NCBI GenBank assembly: GCA_964561855.1
Contig: CAZLQP010000003.1
Coordinates: forward strand, 80,949-144,948
DNA: 64,000 bases
Direction of reading: 5' to 3'
DNA from: an uncultured Burkholderiales bacterium
GTDB taxonomy: Bacteria > Actinomycetota > Acidimicrobiia > IMCC26256 > JAGPDB01
In this document: piece after piece, positions 8,207 through 16,717 of the stretch
Layout: the number at the start of each line of letters is the position of its first letter
Numbering within the stretch: the stretch's first letter is position 1
Made by a program: the position numbers and the translations under genes
The notes under the pieces: generated by a model
Told to the model about the DNA's origin: nothing
The model's input: only the letters and a program-made list of their open reading frames with translations
Database searches by the model: none

Positions 8207-8959
8207 CTAGTCCTGATTTGTTTTAATTTTTCTTGGTTCAGGAGTGACAGATAGCACTTCGTTTTGTAAATTCATAATCTCAGAAATTCCCTGCTGTGCT
8301 AATTCTAAAAGCGAATCAAGTTCTCCTCGCGTAAATGCCATACCTTCAGCAGTTCCCTGCACTTCAATCAAACGATCATCGCTCATCACTACGTTCATAT
8401 CCACTTCAGCATTAGAATCTTCTGGATAATCCAAATCGGCAACCGCTACGCCGTCGACCATCCCAACACTTAGAGCTGCACACTGAGCGGTTAGTGGATT
8501 CACACTTAATATGTTTGCTTGGACTAACCGGGTAAAGGCATCGTGGATAGCAACGTAGCTACCACAAATTGAAGCAGTTCGAGTACCACCATCAGCTTGC
8601 AGGACATCACAATCAAGAGTTATTGAAATTCCAGGCATTAAGGTCAAGTCCGTCACACCTCTAATTGCTCGTCCAATCAGTCTTTGTATTTCTTGTGTAC
8701 GACCTGATTGTTTTCCTCTTGCGGCTTCACGGACAACTCTTTGGGGAGAAGATCCAGGAAGCATTGAATATTCAGCTGTGACCCATCCCTTATCTGAATT
8801 AAGTAACCATCGAGGCACGTCTTGCTCCATTGATGCAGTACAAAGAACTTTGGTATTTCCAAATGAAACCAATACTGAACCAAGTGCATATTTTGTATAG
8901 TCGCGTTCGAAACTCACTTCGCGTAATTGTTGGGGAGTCCTGCCATCATGTCTGTTCAT
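8207..8959 (-). CDS. rph: Ribonuclease PH
   Basis: 250 aa with motifs [12 protein letters not shown] and [16 protein letters not shown]. Confidence 0.95.
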   Translation of the reverse strand: MNRHDGRTPQQLREVSFERDYTKYALGSVLVSFGNTKVLCTASMEQDVPRWLLNSDKGWVTAEYSMLPGSSPQRVVREAARGKQSGRTQEIQRLIGRAIRGVTDLTLMPGISITLDCDVLQADGGTRTASICGSYVAIHDAFTRLVQANILSVNPLTAQCAALSVGMVDGVAVADLDYPEDSNAEVDMNVVMSDDRLIEVQGTAEGMAFTRGELDSLLELAQQGISEIMNLQNEVLSVTPEPRKIKTNQD

Positions 8960-9026
8960 GTAACCATGTTAGAAGCGAGATTGACTAACTCTCGAGTCAA
9001 GTGATCATTTTGTCCGCTTTGAGGGA

Positions 9027-11630
9027 TCAGACCCCCAGCAAATTGGAGAAGTGGGCTGCTAGCTCTTCATAATTTTTGTAGGCGTGAAAACTCGGTGCAC
9101 CTGGAGCCAATAAAATGACATCTCCCGCTTTAGCTCGATTCCTCGCTATGCTCAACCCATCTTCAAGATTCGCTCCATGCAGTTTGTTATTCAAGCCGCT
9201 CTCTACTTCATGTCCGGTCTGAGGCAACGCAACCACTACTACCCTATTAAGTTGGTTGATATCTTCAATAAACGATTCATGTCCGACATCGCTTTTGGCG
9301 CCTCCGAACAAAAGATATATATTTCCTTTATTTTCTCTAAGAGTATCTTTTACTGAAGCCAAAACAGCTTGCGGGGCTGTGCTTAACACGTCAGATATAT
9401 ATTTTACTCCACCTATTTCAGCAACAGTTTCATATCGATATTTAAGCGGTTGAAAACTTTCTATTCTATTATCGATTTCAGTTCCTTTAATTCTTGGAGA
9501 TGCCAGACCAACAATTTTCTTTACCAGAGCCGTATTCTTTTCTTTAATGCTTAGATCGTTGAACTCAATCACATGTAGCTCCGATCCATTATTCGAATTC
9601 AACTCAGGATGATTCGTTGCAATATCAGATGAGATAACTATGTGCTCGGGTGAATGCATAGCAATATTGAGTTTATCTTTTCGATATTGTTGGGGACTTC
9701 GATGCCAATCTATGTGACAATCGAAAAGAACAGTAACTCCAACAATGCTCGGAGAAACTCTTGCGTAACTTGCTTGATAACTCGAGATTTCCAATACAAT
9801 AAAGTCAGCAGCCACAAGCTCACTGAGATCTATATCTCCTACTGCATTTCCTACATTCCCGGCCAATATAGAGTTATCCAAAACATGAGCCAACATAGAT
9901 GAAGTCGTACTTTTTCCTTTGGTGCCGGTAATACCAATAAATCCTGTATTCGGCAGAAGCTTTTTATTCAGTTCGAGCCACCAAGCTAAAGGAGTTGTAG
10001 CTCTTTGGCCTATATAGATAACCTCACTTGAGTATTTGGAAATTCCAGGACTTATGAAAACAACTTCAGCACTAAGTGATTCAACATTATCGACGAATCG
10101 TAACGCCGTCGATACATCACCTAATCCATTTGACTGCAAAATTTCTTTTTGTCCGACGTCATCTAAATTTTGATTTTGAGGTAAGCATACTTCGATTTCT
10201 TTGTCGTACCCTATGGAATTTAGATACCTAATAATGGCAGAAGTATCTCTACCTAGACCGACCACTGCAAAGGATTGTGATTGAACTTGTTCTAACGACG
10301 ACTTTATATATTCAGATTTCAGCATTTCATTGATTTTACTTCTGATACTGATCGGTATATTTTCATTTGTTCTAGTTACGCTAGCTAGTGGTAGATCCGG
10401 CCATGGGTTAGCAAGTAATTCTCGAAATTCGCTGGCGAAAAGAGAGTCCGGATTACTCATAATAGTTTTCATCGCTAGAAGCCTTGATTCCCTTAATGTT
10501 CCTACGCATTCAAAGGGTTTATCATTTTCGAATCCCAATAGGCTTCTGAACCCACGAATCTGTGTATGGTCATCTAAAAGGTCATTTCCAAATATTTCCT
10601 GGACGTAACTAGTTGGACGAAAAGCACAAAGTCCAAGAAATACAAAGCGACATTTATCGCAATCACAACACCAGCTACTTGACCGCGCATTCTCGTCGAT
10701 CTTGAAGGCCCTGTTACAACTCGTAAAGACTTCATGGAACTTTTCAAAAGCTGAAAACAATTGAAATATCTCGTATTCACTCAGCCCTCTCAGAATTGAA
10801 CAGTAATTAATTGTAATCCCACTACCTGAAAGGGCATTTCGCAACAACTGTTCAGCTTCAAAAGATTTGGACCACTGATGGTTTACTTCTTCACCATCAA
10901 CAATTCTTGTAGGTTCATCTGCAGATGATTCATTGCTCATTGCAACACAATCAGCATCAATACAAAGTGCAGCTATTACCGCTAATACAGAATTTATTGC
11001 AGTCACAGGAATGTGACCATTGGGCGCTCCCGCCTTATTCAATTCATGTAGTCTCGAATCTATACTTCGATTCACAGATATTATTTCTATCTCAGCGACT
11101 TCTGCAGTTTTTTTAATCGGCTTGAAATCGCCAACACAAAAACCAACGATGTCCACTTCACACTTACTTAGGATCTGCAAAGTTGTTGCAGAATCTTTTC
11201 CTCCTCCAATAGGTACAAGGCATCTATTTACCATTGCAACATTTGGAGCAGCTTGGGCTCCTTTCTTAGATTCGATTGATTCAAATTCCGGGACTTGATC
11301 GATACTGATATCGTTTTCGAACTTAAATTCACGCAAACCTTTATCAAATAATTGCTCGGTCCAAAGTAAAGTACCTGACGCGACGGGAAAATCAATCTGC
11401 ACTTTTTTAGCAACAAATGCTTTGTAGTAACTCGTAGCAGTAGCAACACTGAGCAACCTTGTTAGTTCATCCAATGCTTGAGTGTTTATTTTGTTGAGTT
11501 GACTCGGAAAATTGAATTCAAACTTTTCTTCAAAGATCTCATTTGCAACACTGAAACCACAAACTATGAACAATCTTTGTTCTTCAAAGCGCCATGAAGG
11601 CTGTTCGATCTTAAAGACTTCGTCAACCAT
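9027..11630 (-). CDS. Fusion protein: N-terminal PP-loop/QueC-like ATP-pyrophosphatase domain plus C-terminal MurD-like Mur ligase (candidate MurL-MurD2-type enzyme)
   Basis: 867 aa. The N-terminal half has a PP-loop-like PIGGGKDSATTL and a Cys cluster SWCCDCDKCR. The C-terminal half has a MurD-like layout: VVGLGRDTSA, the P-loop [21 protein letters not shown], and a terminal APGAPSFHAYKNYEE. Confidence 0.6.
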   Translation of the reverse strand: MVDEVFKIEQPSWRFEEQRLFIVCGFSVANEIFEEKFEFNFPSQLNKINTQALDELTRLLSVATATSYYKAFVAKKVQIDFPVASGTLLWTEQLFDKGLREFKFENDISIDQVPEFESIESKKGAQAAPNVAMVNRCLVPIGGGKDSATTLQILSKCEVDIVGFCVGDFKPIKKTAEVAEIEIISVNRSIDSRLHELNKAGAPNGHIPVTAINSVLAVIAALCIDADCVAMSNESSADEPTRIVDGEEVNHQWSKSFEAEQLLRNALSGSGITINYCSILRGLSEYEIFQLFSAFEKFHEVFTSCNRAFKIDENARSSSWCCDCDKCRFVFLGLCAFRPTSYVQEIFGNDLLDDHTQIRGFRSLLGFENDKPFECVGTLRESRLLAMKTIMSNPDSLFASEFRELLANPWPDLPLASVTRTNENIPISIRSKINEMLKSEYIKSSLEQVQSQSFAVVGLGRDTSAIIRYLNSIGYDKEIEVCLPQNQNLDDVGQKEILQSNGLGDVSTALRFVDNVESLSAEVVFISPGISKYSSEVIYIGQRATTPLAWWLELNKKLLPNTGFIGITGTKGKSTTSSMLAHVLDNSILAGNVGNAVGDIDLSELVAADFIVLEISSYQASYARVSPSIVGVTVLFDCHIDWHRSPQQYRKDKLNIAMHSPEHIVISSDIATNHPELNSNNGSELHVIEFNDLSIKEKNTALVKKIVGLASPRIKGTEIDNRIESFQPLKYRYETVAEIGGVKYISDVLSTAPQAVLASVKDTLRENKGNIYLLFGGAKSDVGHESFIEDINQLNRVVVVALPQTGHEVESGLNNKLHGANLEDGLSIARNRAKAGDVILLAPGAPSFHAYKNYEELAAHFSNLLGV

Positions 11631-11635
11631 TTTCC

Positions 11636-12586
11636 TTAGTCCTTAAATGTATTAGAAGCTTTTTGCAGTCGTTCATTCACTGCTACACCGATTCCTATAT
11701 TCGGTGGAGGAAATACACAGATAGCTTGACAATCTTGCTGTTCAGCTTCTCGGAAGAAACTATATAGTTCATGTGCGTATTCATTGACATCTTTTGGATT
11801 ATTTTCAAGTGCAAAAATCAAATTGGTTTCTTTCAAGGAAATCACTGCACATTTAGCAGGATCAAGATGTTTCAAAACTATTTCCGATTCATCATCAAAC
11901 AAATAAACAGGAATCGAAGGTGCATAGTGATTATCCAATGTTCCAGAAGCTGCAACTTTAATTACTCCTTCAGATATAACTTCGAGACCTGTTAATGTTT
12001 CTATCTCTTCTTTAGTGATCTTTCCTGTTCGTAATATCTGTGGCTTATCTTCGAGACATGAAATGATTGTTGATTCAACACCTACTTGCGATTGCCCGCC
12101 ATCAAGCACGATCAGTTCATCGGCAAATTCCTCTTGCACATGTTGAGATTTCGTAGGAGAAACTCTCCCAAATCTATTTGCGCTAGGAGCAGCTACAAAA
12201 AAATCACATTTCGAGAGCAACTCCTGAGCCACAGGATGGCTCGGTACACGAACAGCTACAGAATCATGTCCCCCTCTTGCCTCACTCGAGATCTGCTTGT
12301 CATCATCACAGTGTAAAACCAATGTCATTGGTCCCGGCCAAAATTTCTCTGCTAATTGAAGTGCATATTGAGGAACTTCCTTACTAACACTTAAAGCTTT
12401 ATGGATATCATGTGTATGAGAAATTAATGGATGAGATGAAGGTCTTGATTTTGTTTTAAAAATCTTGTTGATTGCCTTTGCAGAATCGGCTCTTGCGCCT
12501 AATCCAAATACTGTTTCTGTTGGAAATGCAACCAACTCTTCAGCCTTAAGTTTCTCAACACAAAAATCTATATCATCCGTGATCAT
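11636..12586 (-). CDS. sua5: L-threonylcarbamoyladenylate synthase (Sua5/YwlC long form: YrdC plus Sua5 domains)
   Basis: 316 aa. The N-terminal YrdC pattern is FPTETVFGLG...SRPSSHPL...SANRFG, followed by a C-terminal Sua5 domain. Confidence 0.85.
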   Translation of the reverse strand: MITDDIDFCVEKLKAEELVAFPTETVFGLGARADSAKAINKIFKTKSRPSSHPLISHTHDIHKALSVSKEVPQYALQLAEKFWPGPMTLVLHCDDDKQISSEARGGHDSVAVRVPSHPVAQELLSKCDFFVAAPSANRFGRVSPTKSQHVQEEFADELIVLDGGQSQVGVESTIISCLEDKPQILRTGKITKEEIETLTGLEVISEGVIKVAASGTLDNHYAPSIPVYLFDDESEIVLKHLDPAKCAVISLKETNLIFALENNPKDVNEYAHELYSFFREAEQQDCQAICVFPPPNIGIGVAVNERLQKASNTFKD

Positions 12587-12588
12587 AT

Positions 12589-13524
12589 TTACCAGAAATT
12601 AACTTTCTCTGATGCTTTCACTACATCGTCAAGATCATTCGCCCAGATTCCGGCAGATAAATATTTCCATCCAGAATCTGGTGCTAGAGCGACTATCGTG
12701 CCACTTTTCATTTTCTTGGCCTGTTTAATTGCTCCAGCGACAACAGCTCCTGTAGAGACTCCAACGAACACTCCACATTTTTCCAAGAGTTCTCTTGTTA
12801 CAACAATTGACTCATTTGATTTGATCATCAGTTTTCTATCAATCTTGCTTGCATCAAAAATCTCTGGAATGAAACCATCCTCTAATGATCGTAGACCTGA
12901 AACCAATTCACCTGCAGGCGGTTCGACTGCAACTATTTGTATATCTGGTTTTTGTTGTTTTAGAAAAGTAGAAACCCCCATCAGAGTTCCTGATGTTCCA
13001 AGCCCTGCAATAAAAACATTAACTTCTGGACAGTCTTTTAAAATCTCTGGACCGGTACCTTCAATATGTGCTTTTGGATTGGCAGGGTTTCCATATTGAT
13101 ATAGCATCACCCAATCAGGATTTTGTTCACTTAATTCTTTGGCTCTTTCAATCGCACCATTGCTTCCTAAATTTGCTGGAGAAAATTCGATTTGCGCTCC
13201 AAAAGATTTAAGTAACTCGATTCTTTCTGTAGTTACATTTTCTGCAACTACTATCACCAATTTGTATCCTCGAAGTTTCGCAACGAGTGCGATACCTACG
13301 CCGGTATTTCCACTCGATGGTTCGACAATTGTGCTACCAGGTTGCAATAAACCTCTTTCCTCCGCATCATTAACCATGGAAAGCGCAACTCTGTCTTTGG
13401 AACTTCCAACTGGATTGTATCCTTCGAGTTTCAGATATATTTTCACATCTGGGTTTGGAGACATTTGATGAATGCCCACCATAGGAGTATTACCTATTAG
13501 ATCTAAGATTGACTCGACTCGCAC
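12589..13524 (-). CDS. cysM: Cysteine synthase (CysO-thiocarboxylate-dependent CysM type, by context)
   Basis: 311 aa with the PLP-lysine motif NPVGSSKDR plus SSGNTG and GLGTSGT. Its start overlaps the stop of the ThiS/MoaD-like gene. Confidence 0.8.
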   Translation of the reverse strand: MRVESILDLIGNTPMVGIHQMSPNPDVKIYLKLEGYNPVGSSKDRVALSMVNDAEERGLLQPGSTIVEPSSGNTGVGIALVAKLRGYKLVIVVAENVTTERIELLKSFGAQIEFSPANLGSNGAIERAKELSEQNPDWVMLYQYGNPANPKAHIEGTGPEILKDCPEVNVFIAGLGTSGTLMGVSTFLKQQKPDIQIVAVEPPAGELVSGLRSLEDGFIPEIFDASKIDRKLMIKSNESIVVTRELLEKCGVFVGVSTGAVVAGAIKQAKKMKSGTIVALAPDSGWKYLSAGIWANDLDDVVKASEKVNFW

Positions 13525-13805
13525 TAAAAAGCTCCACCTGCCACAGCTGGCAATATGGTTAATTCCTCGGCATCTGAAGTGTTCGCATCTAATCCTCCAA
13601 CATAGCGGATGTCATCTGAATCAACATAGATGTTCACGTACTTATGTAATTCGCTTTCTCCACTAAAAAGGACATCTTTGATATCGGGGAATTGTGAACA
13701 AAGATCTGCAAGTACTTCTTTTACCGTTGAACCTTCACAATCAACTTTTGAATTGCCTTGAGTGTTGGTTCTCATCACTGTTGGGATAATTACTTTTATA
13801 GCCAT
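13524..13805 (-). CDS. cysO: ThiS/MoaD-family sulfur-carrier protein CysO
   Basis: 93 aa with beta-grasp size and pattern. The C-terminus is ...PAVAGGAF, a Gly-Gly followed by two extra residues. It is coupled to cysM, and a JAMM protease gene lies nearby. Confidence 0.8.
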   Translation of the reverse strand: MAIKVIIPTVMRTNTQGNSKVDCEGSTVKEVLADLCSQFPDIKDVLFSGESELHKYVNIYVDSDDIRYVGGLDANTSDAEELTILPAVAGGAF

Positions 13806-13826
13806 TCCTATATCCTAGCTACCCGA

Positions 13827-13881
13827 CTTCAGTTGGCGTGAATAGCGATCGGTATTGCATCAATTTTCCCGCCAACTGAAG
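13827..13881. promoter_or_regulatory. 12-bp perfect inverted repeat (CTTCAGTTGGCG ... CGCCAACTGAAG) in the cysO upstream region
   Basis: The arms are 13827-13838 and 13870-13881, separated by a 31-nt spacer. The repeat lies 22-76 nt upstream of the cysO ATG, in the divergent spacer shared with the 13962 gene. Confidence 0.5.
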
Positions 13882-13961
13882 ATTAGGGGGATCAAAATTT
13901 CGCTAAATGCGCGGAAAAATAGGTCTTTAGTTTTATTCGAAAATAGCCGAAAATAGCAGTA

Positions 13962-14648
13962 ATGGAAAAGCATATACATTCTGCAGAAGAATCTGACTCT
14001 CATTGGGGAAATAGAGTCCCTGTTGAGGTTGATCTAGACAATGGTTTAATCAAGGCTGGCGAAGTCAGCAGACCTCTAGTTGAATCTACTGATGTTAGCG
14101 TGGCACTTTCAAGCTATTTATCAATGGTCTATGAACTGAGATCTATGTCCAGCGGAGTTGTTCCTTTGCGTAATGAAGACATTGCAGTATTAGCAGATGC
14201 TTTTGAAATGGAAGAGACAGACATTGCAGAGAAACTCGCACGTTTAATGCACTGCGATGATCTACAAACACGCCGTTTCGTTCAGATGGTCAAAAAAGGT
14301 CGAGTTCTTGTTCCAGTATCAATGGTCGCGGCTGGTGCACTTTTAGCTGCTACTTTGACTTTTACAGGACCTACAACAGCTATTGAAAATGTAACTAACT
14401 CAGAGTCAAGAGCAAATGTTGAGCTCTTAGCTCCACAGACTATCGAAAGTACGATTCCCGTTCAAGTGGAACTTGGAGATGCGCAACAAATAGAACGTTT
14501 TGAATCTATTGATCAAGCGGATGAAACAGTTCCTGATTCACAAGAAGAAGCTGCGCAAGAAATCGAAGACCCTAATTTTGAGCCAGATATCCAAATCGGT
14601 GAAGGAATCTCAGTCACCCGAGATGATGGAGAATTTAGTTGGGATTAA
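13962..14648 (+). CDS. Hypothetical single-pass membrane protein with an acidic C-terminal region
   Basis: 228 aa with one hydrophobic helix (VLVPVSMVAAGALLAATLTF). I recognise no family. Confidence 0.45.
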   Translation: MEKHIHSAEESDSHWGNRVPVEVDLDNGLIKAGEVSRPLVESTDVSVALSSYLSMVYELRSMSSGVVPLRNEDIAVLADAFEMEETDIAEKLARLMHCDDLQTRRFVQMVKKGRVLVPVSMVAAGALLAATLTFTGPTTAIENVTNSESRANVELLAPQTIESTIPVQVELGDAQQIERFESIDQADETVPDSQEEAAQEIEDPNFEPDIQIGEGISVTRDDGEFSWD

Positions 14649-15210
14649 TTCTGTAATCGAGACCTAATGATCTCTCCCCAGCAGTTGGATTTATATCGAA
14701 TAATCGCTTTGGGTTATTAACTAGTTGCTTGTTGCTACGAGGTACGTTATCAGCAGAACTGTTATCCGGAATGTTTGAAGAATTTACTTCAATAGCTAAG
14801 CGGTCAATCTCATCATAAAACTTTCGTAAAACCATTTCATCTAGTTGATACAAAAGTTGAAACTCAGTACGTGCATTCTCCATTGCCAAGTGTGCCCTTT
14901 TCGGAGTATCAAGGAACCTTGCAATGATACTTTTACCTTTAGGAATGTTACCTTTCGCATTTGGATTATATGTCGTTACCGAAACTCCATGTTGTCTCAA
15001 TCGTGTACTGGTCTGTCTATCAACTCTTTCCCCCAGCTGAATCGGATTTTCAGTACCAATACATCCTGGACATGGGCAAGTTGCGACCCAAGAATTGAAA
15101 GTGCCATTTTCAGGATGATAACCATCCAAAATTTCTATCAGTTTCACATTTTTCGAAGATACTTCTATATCGCCACATTCACCACAAGTCATGAGCAATG
15201 TAATAGCCAC
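14635..15210 (-). CDS. Hypothetical zinc-ribbon-like protein (CGEC ... CPCPGC)
   Basis: 191 aa. The GTG start overlaps the mec stop by 1 nt (TAGTG); an alternative ATG lies at 15192. Two Cys pairs sit in the N-terminal 50 residues. Confidence 0.5.
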   Translation of the reverse strand: MAITLLMTCGECGDIEVSSKNVKLIEILDGYHPENGTFNSWVATCPCPGCIGTENPIQLGERVDRQTSTRLRQHGVSVTTYNPNAKGNIPKGKSIIARFLDTPKRAHLAMENARTEFQLLYQLDEMVLRKFYDEIDRLAIEVNSSNIPDNSSADNVPRSNKQLVNNPKRLFDINPTAGERSLGLDYRINPN

Positions 15211-15629
15211 TACAATATCCTCATTTTCAGTTCTGAAATATTTTCTGAATCAATTGTGAAATAATTTGTTTGAATTACTTTATGTGCCAGCGAAACGATT
15301 GCATAACACCAATTGGGATCAACTGCTTGCTTAATATCTGTAGGCGAAGGGTATGCTTTAGTATGGGTATGAGAATGATATACACCGACGATTTCGAGAT
15401 CATTTTTGCCTGCATATTTGGTTGCTTCAAACATATCTTTGGGATCCACTTCGTAGACTCTCGCAGATTGTGCACTATTTGTAGCTGGCCATATTTGTTT
15501 AATCTCTCCCGAAGGAACTCCTTTAGAATCCAAAGAACCTAGAAATAAACCGCACGATTCGAGCGGAAAGCCCTCAATGCAATGTTGTTGCATTCGATTT
15601 ACTTCATCAGAAGTAATACTCCACTCCAT
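15210..15629 (-). CDS. mec: JAMM/MPN+ metalloprotease Mec (CysO C-terminal peptidase type)
   Basis: 139 aa with the exact JAMM motif HSHTHTKAYPSPTD (HxHx7Sx2D) and an upstream Glu (...CIEGFPLESCG). Confidence 0.85.
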   Translation of the reverse strand: MEWSITSDEVNRMQQHCIEGFPLESCGLFLGSLDSKGVPSGEIKQIWPATNSAQSARVYEVDPKDMFEATKYAGKNDLEIVGVYHSHTHTKAYPSPTDIKQAVDPNWCYAIVSLAHKVIQTNYFTIDSENISELKMRIL

Positions 15630-15684
15630 ATCGAAACACTTTATACCCGCTACAAGCTAAATAGCTGGCATTTCACTAAACTCA

Positions 15685-16170
15685 TTGTCTATGACTACGG
15701 ATGAAGACAATGCTCGACGAGGTGATGGACTGATTGCCACCAACCGCAAAGCGCGCCATGAATACACTATTGAGGAAACTTATCAAGTCGGAATAAAACT
15801 CGCTGGCAGCGAAGTTAAATCTTTGCGCGATAAACACGTATCAATTGCCGATGCGTTTTGCCGCGTAGATAATGGTGAACTGACAATATATTCAATGCAT
15901 ATCAATCCTTACGAGTTTTCTCGCGGTGAACTTGATCCTGACCGTCCGCGTACCTTACTTGCTCATAAGAAAGAGATCATAGAGATGGCTCGAGCGACAG
16001 AAGAAAAAGGTACTACCATAATTCCTCTGCGTTTAGATTTTGTTCGCGGAATGGCCAAATTAACGGTAGGAATTGCTAAAGGTAAAAAACACTACGACAA
16101 AAGAGAGTCTTTGAAAAAACGCGATGCTGACCGAGATATAGAGCGCGCATTCAAACATCGAAACAGATAA
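15685..16170 (+). CDS. smpB: SsrA-binding protein
   Basis: 161 aa with a typical SmpB pattern (NRKARHEY, GSEVKSLR, basic C-terminal tail). The tmRNA gene lies directly downstream. Confidence 0.95.
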   Translation: MSMTTDEDNARRGDGLIATNRKARHEYTIEETYQVGIKLAGSEVKSLRDKHVSIADAFCRVDNGELTIYSMHINPYEFSRGELDPDRPRTLLAHKKEIIEMARATEEKGTTIIPLRLDFVRGMAKLTVGIAKGKKHYDKRESLKKRDADRDIERAFKHRNR

Positions 16171-16300
16171 TTCGCTCTTTTTCTCAGCGGGTCCAACCAT
16201 TTGGCGCTAAAAGAAATGCAAAACCGATCTCGTTTCCCACCAACTGGGACATACAGGGAAGAAAAAGGCTTGACTAGTCGTTGTATACTTATAAGTCCTG

Positions 16301-16656
16301 GGGGTGCTTGGTTTCGATTCCAAGAACTGCCGTAGGAGAAGCGAGTCGGCTTTGTAGAATCGCCGTAAAATGAGTCTGCAAAAACAAATAAATGCAGAAG
16401 ACCAAGAGTCTTACGCACTAGCTGCTTAATTTAGTTAAGTAGCGCCAGACACGGTAGGCCTCGTCGCCGCATCTGGTTCATTTTACGAGGCTTGCTCCGT
16501 GAGGCGATCGATACTCACGAGGACATATTTATCGATCTAGGCAATCAAATTGAGTGACAGGCACTTGGTTGTCCGAAACCTTACCTGACACTGCACTCGG
16601 AGAAGACCTACTAATGTGCGCGGAACACGGGGGTTCGAATCCCCCCACCTCCACCA
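16301..16656 (+). ncRNA. ssrA: tmRNA (ssrA)
   Basis: The 5' GGGGUGC pairs with the 3' ...CACCUCCACCA. It has a tRNA-like T-arm GGGGGTTCGAATCCCCCC. An internal tag frame ends ...TCT TAC GCA CTA GCT GCT TAA (SYALAA stop, stop at 16427-16429). The probable resume codon is GCA at 16394, giving AEDQESYALAA. Confidence 0.92.
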
Positions 16657-16717
16657 AAATCGCATCTCAAATTGGCCATTTCAAACAGCCCAATTGTTTG
16701 CATTAAACTTGAAAGCT

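Noticed and set aside
16270-16295. Sigma-70-like promoter for ssrA (TTGACT … TATAAG)
   Set aside because: The hexamers are only 14 nt apart, and TATACT is 8 nt away. The spacing is poor, so it is not reported as a feature.
16092-16418. 108-aa minus-strand ORF
   Set aside because: It overlaps the smpB 3' end and the first third of the tmRNA gene. It is explained by those features.
16616-16717. N-terminal extension of the TetR ORF (MRGTRGFESPHLHQ…)
   Set aside because: It is the translation of the tmRNA T-arm and acceptor 3' end. The true start is ATG 16718.
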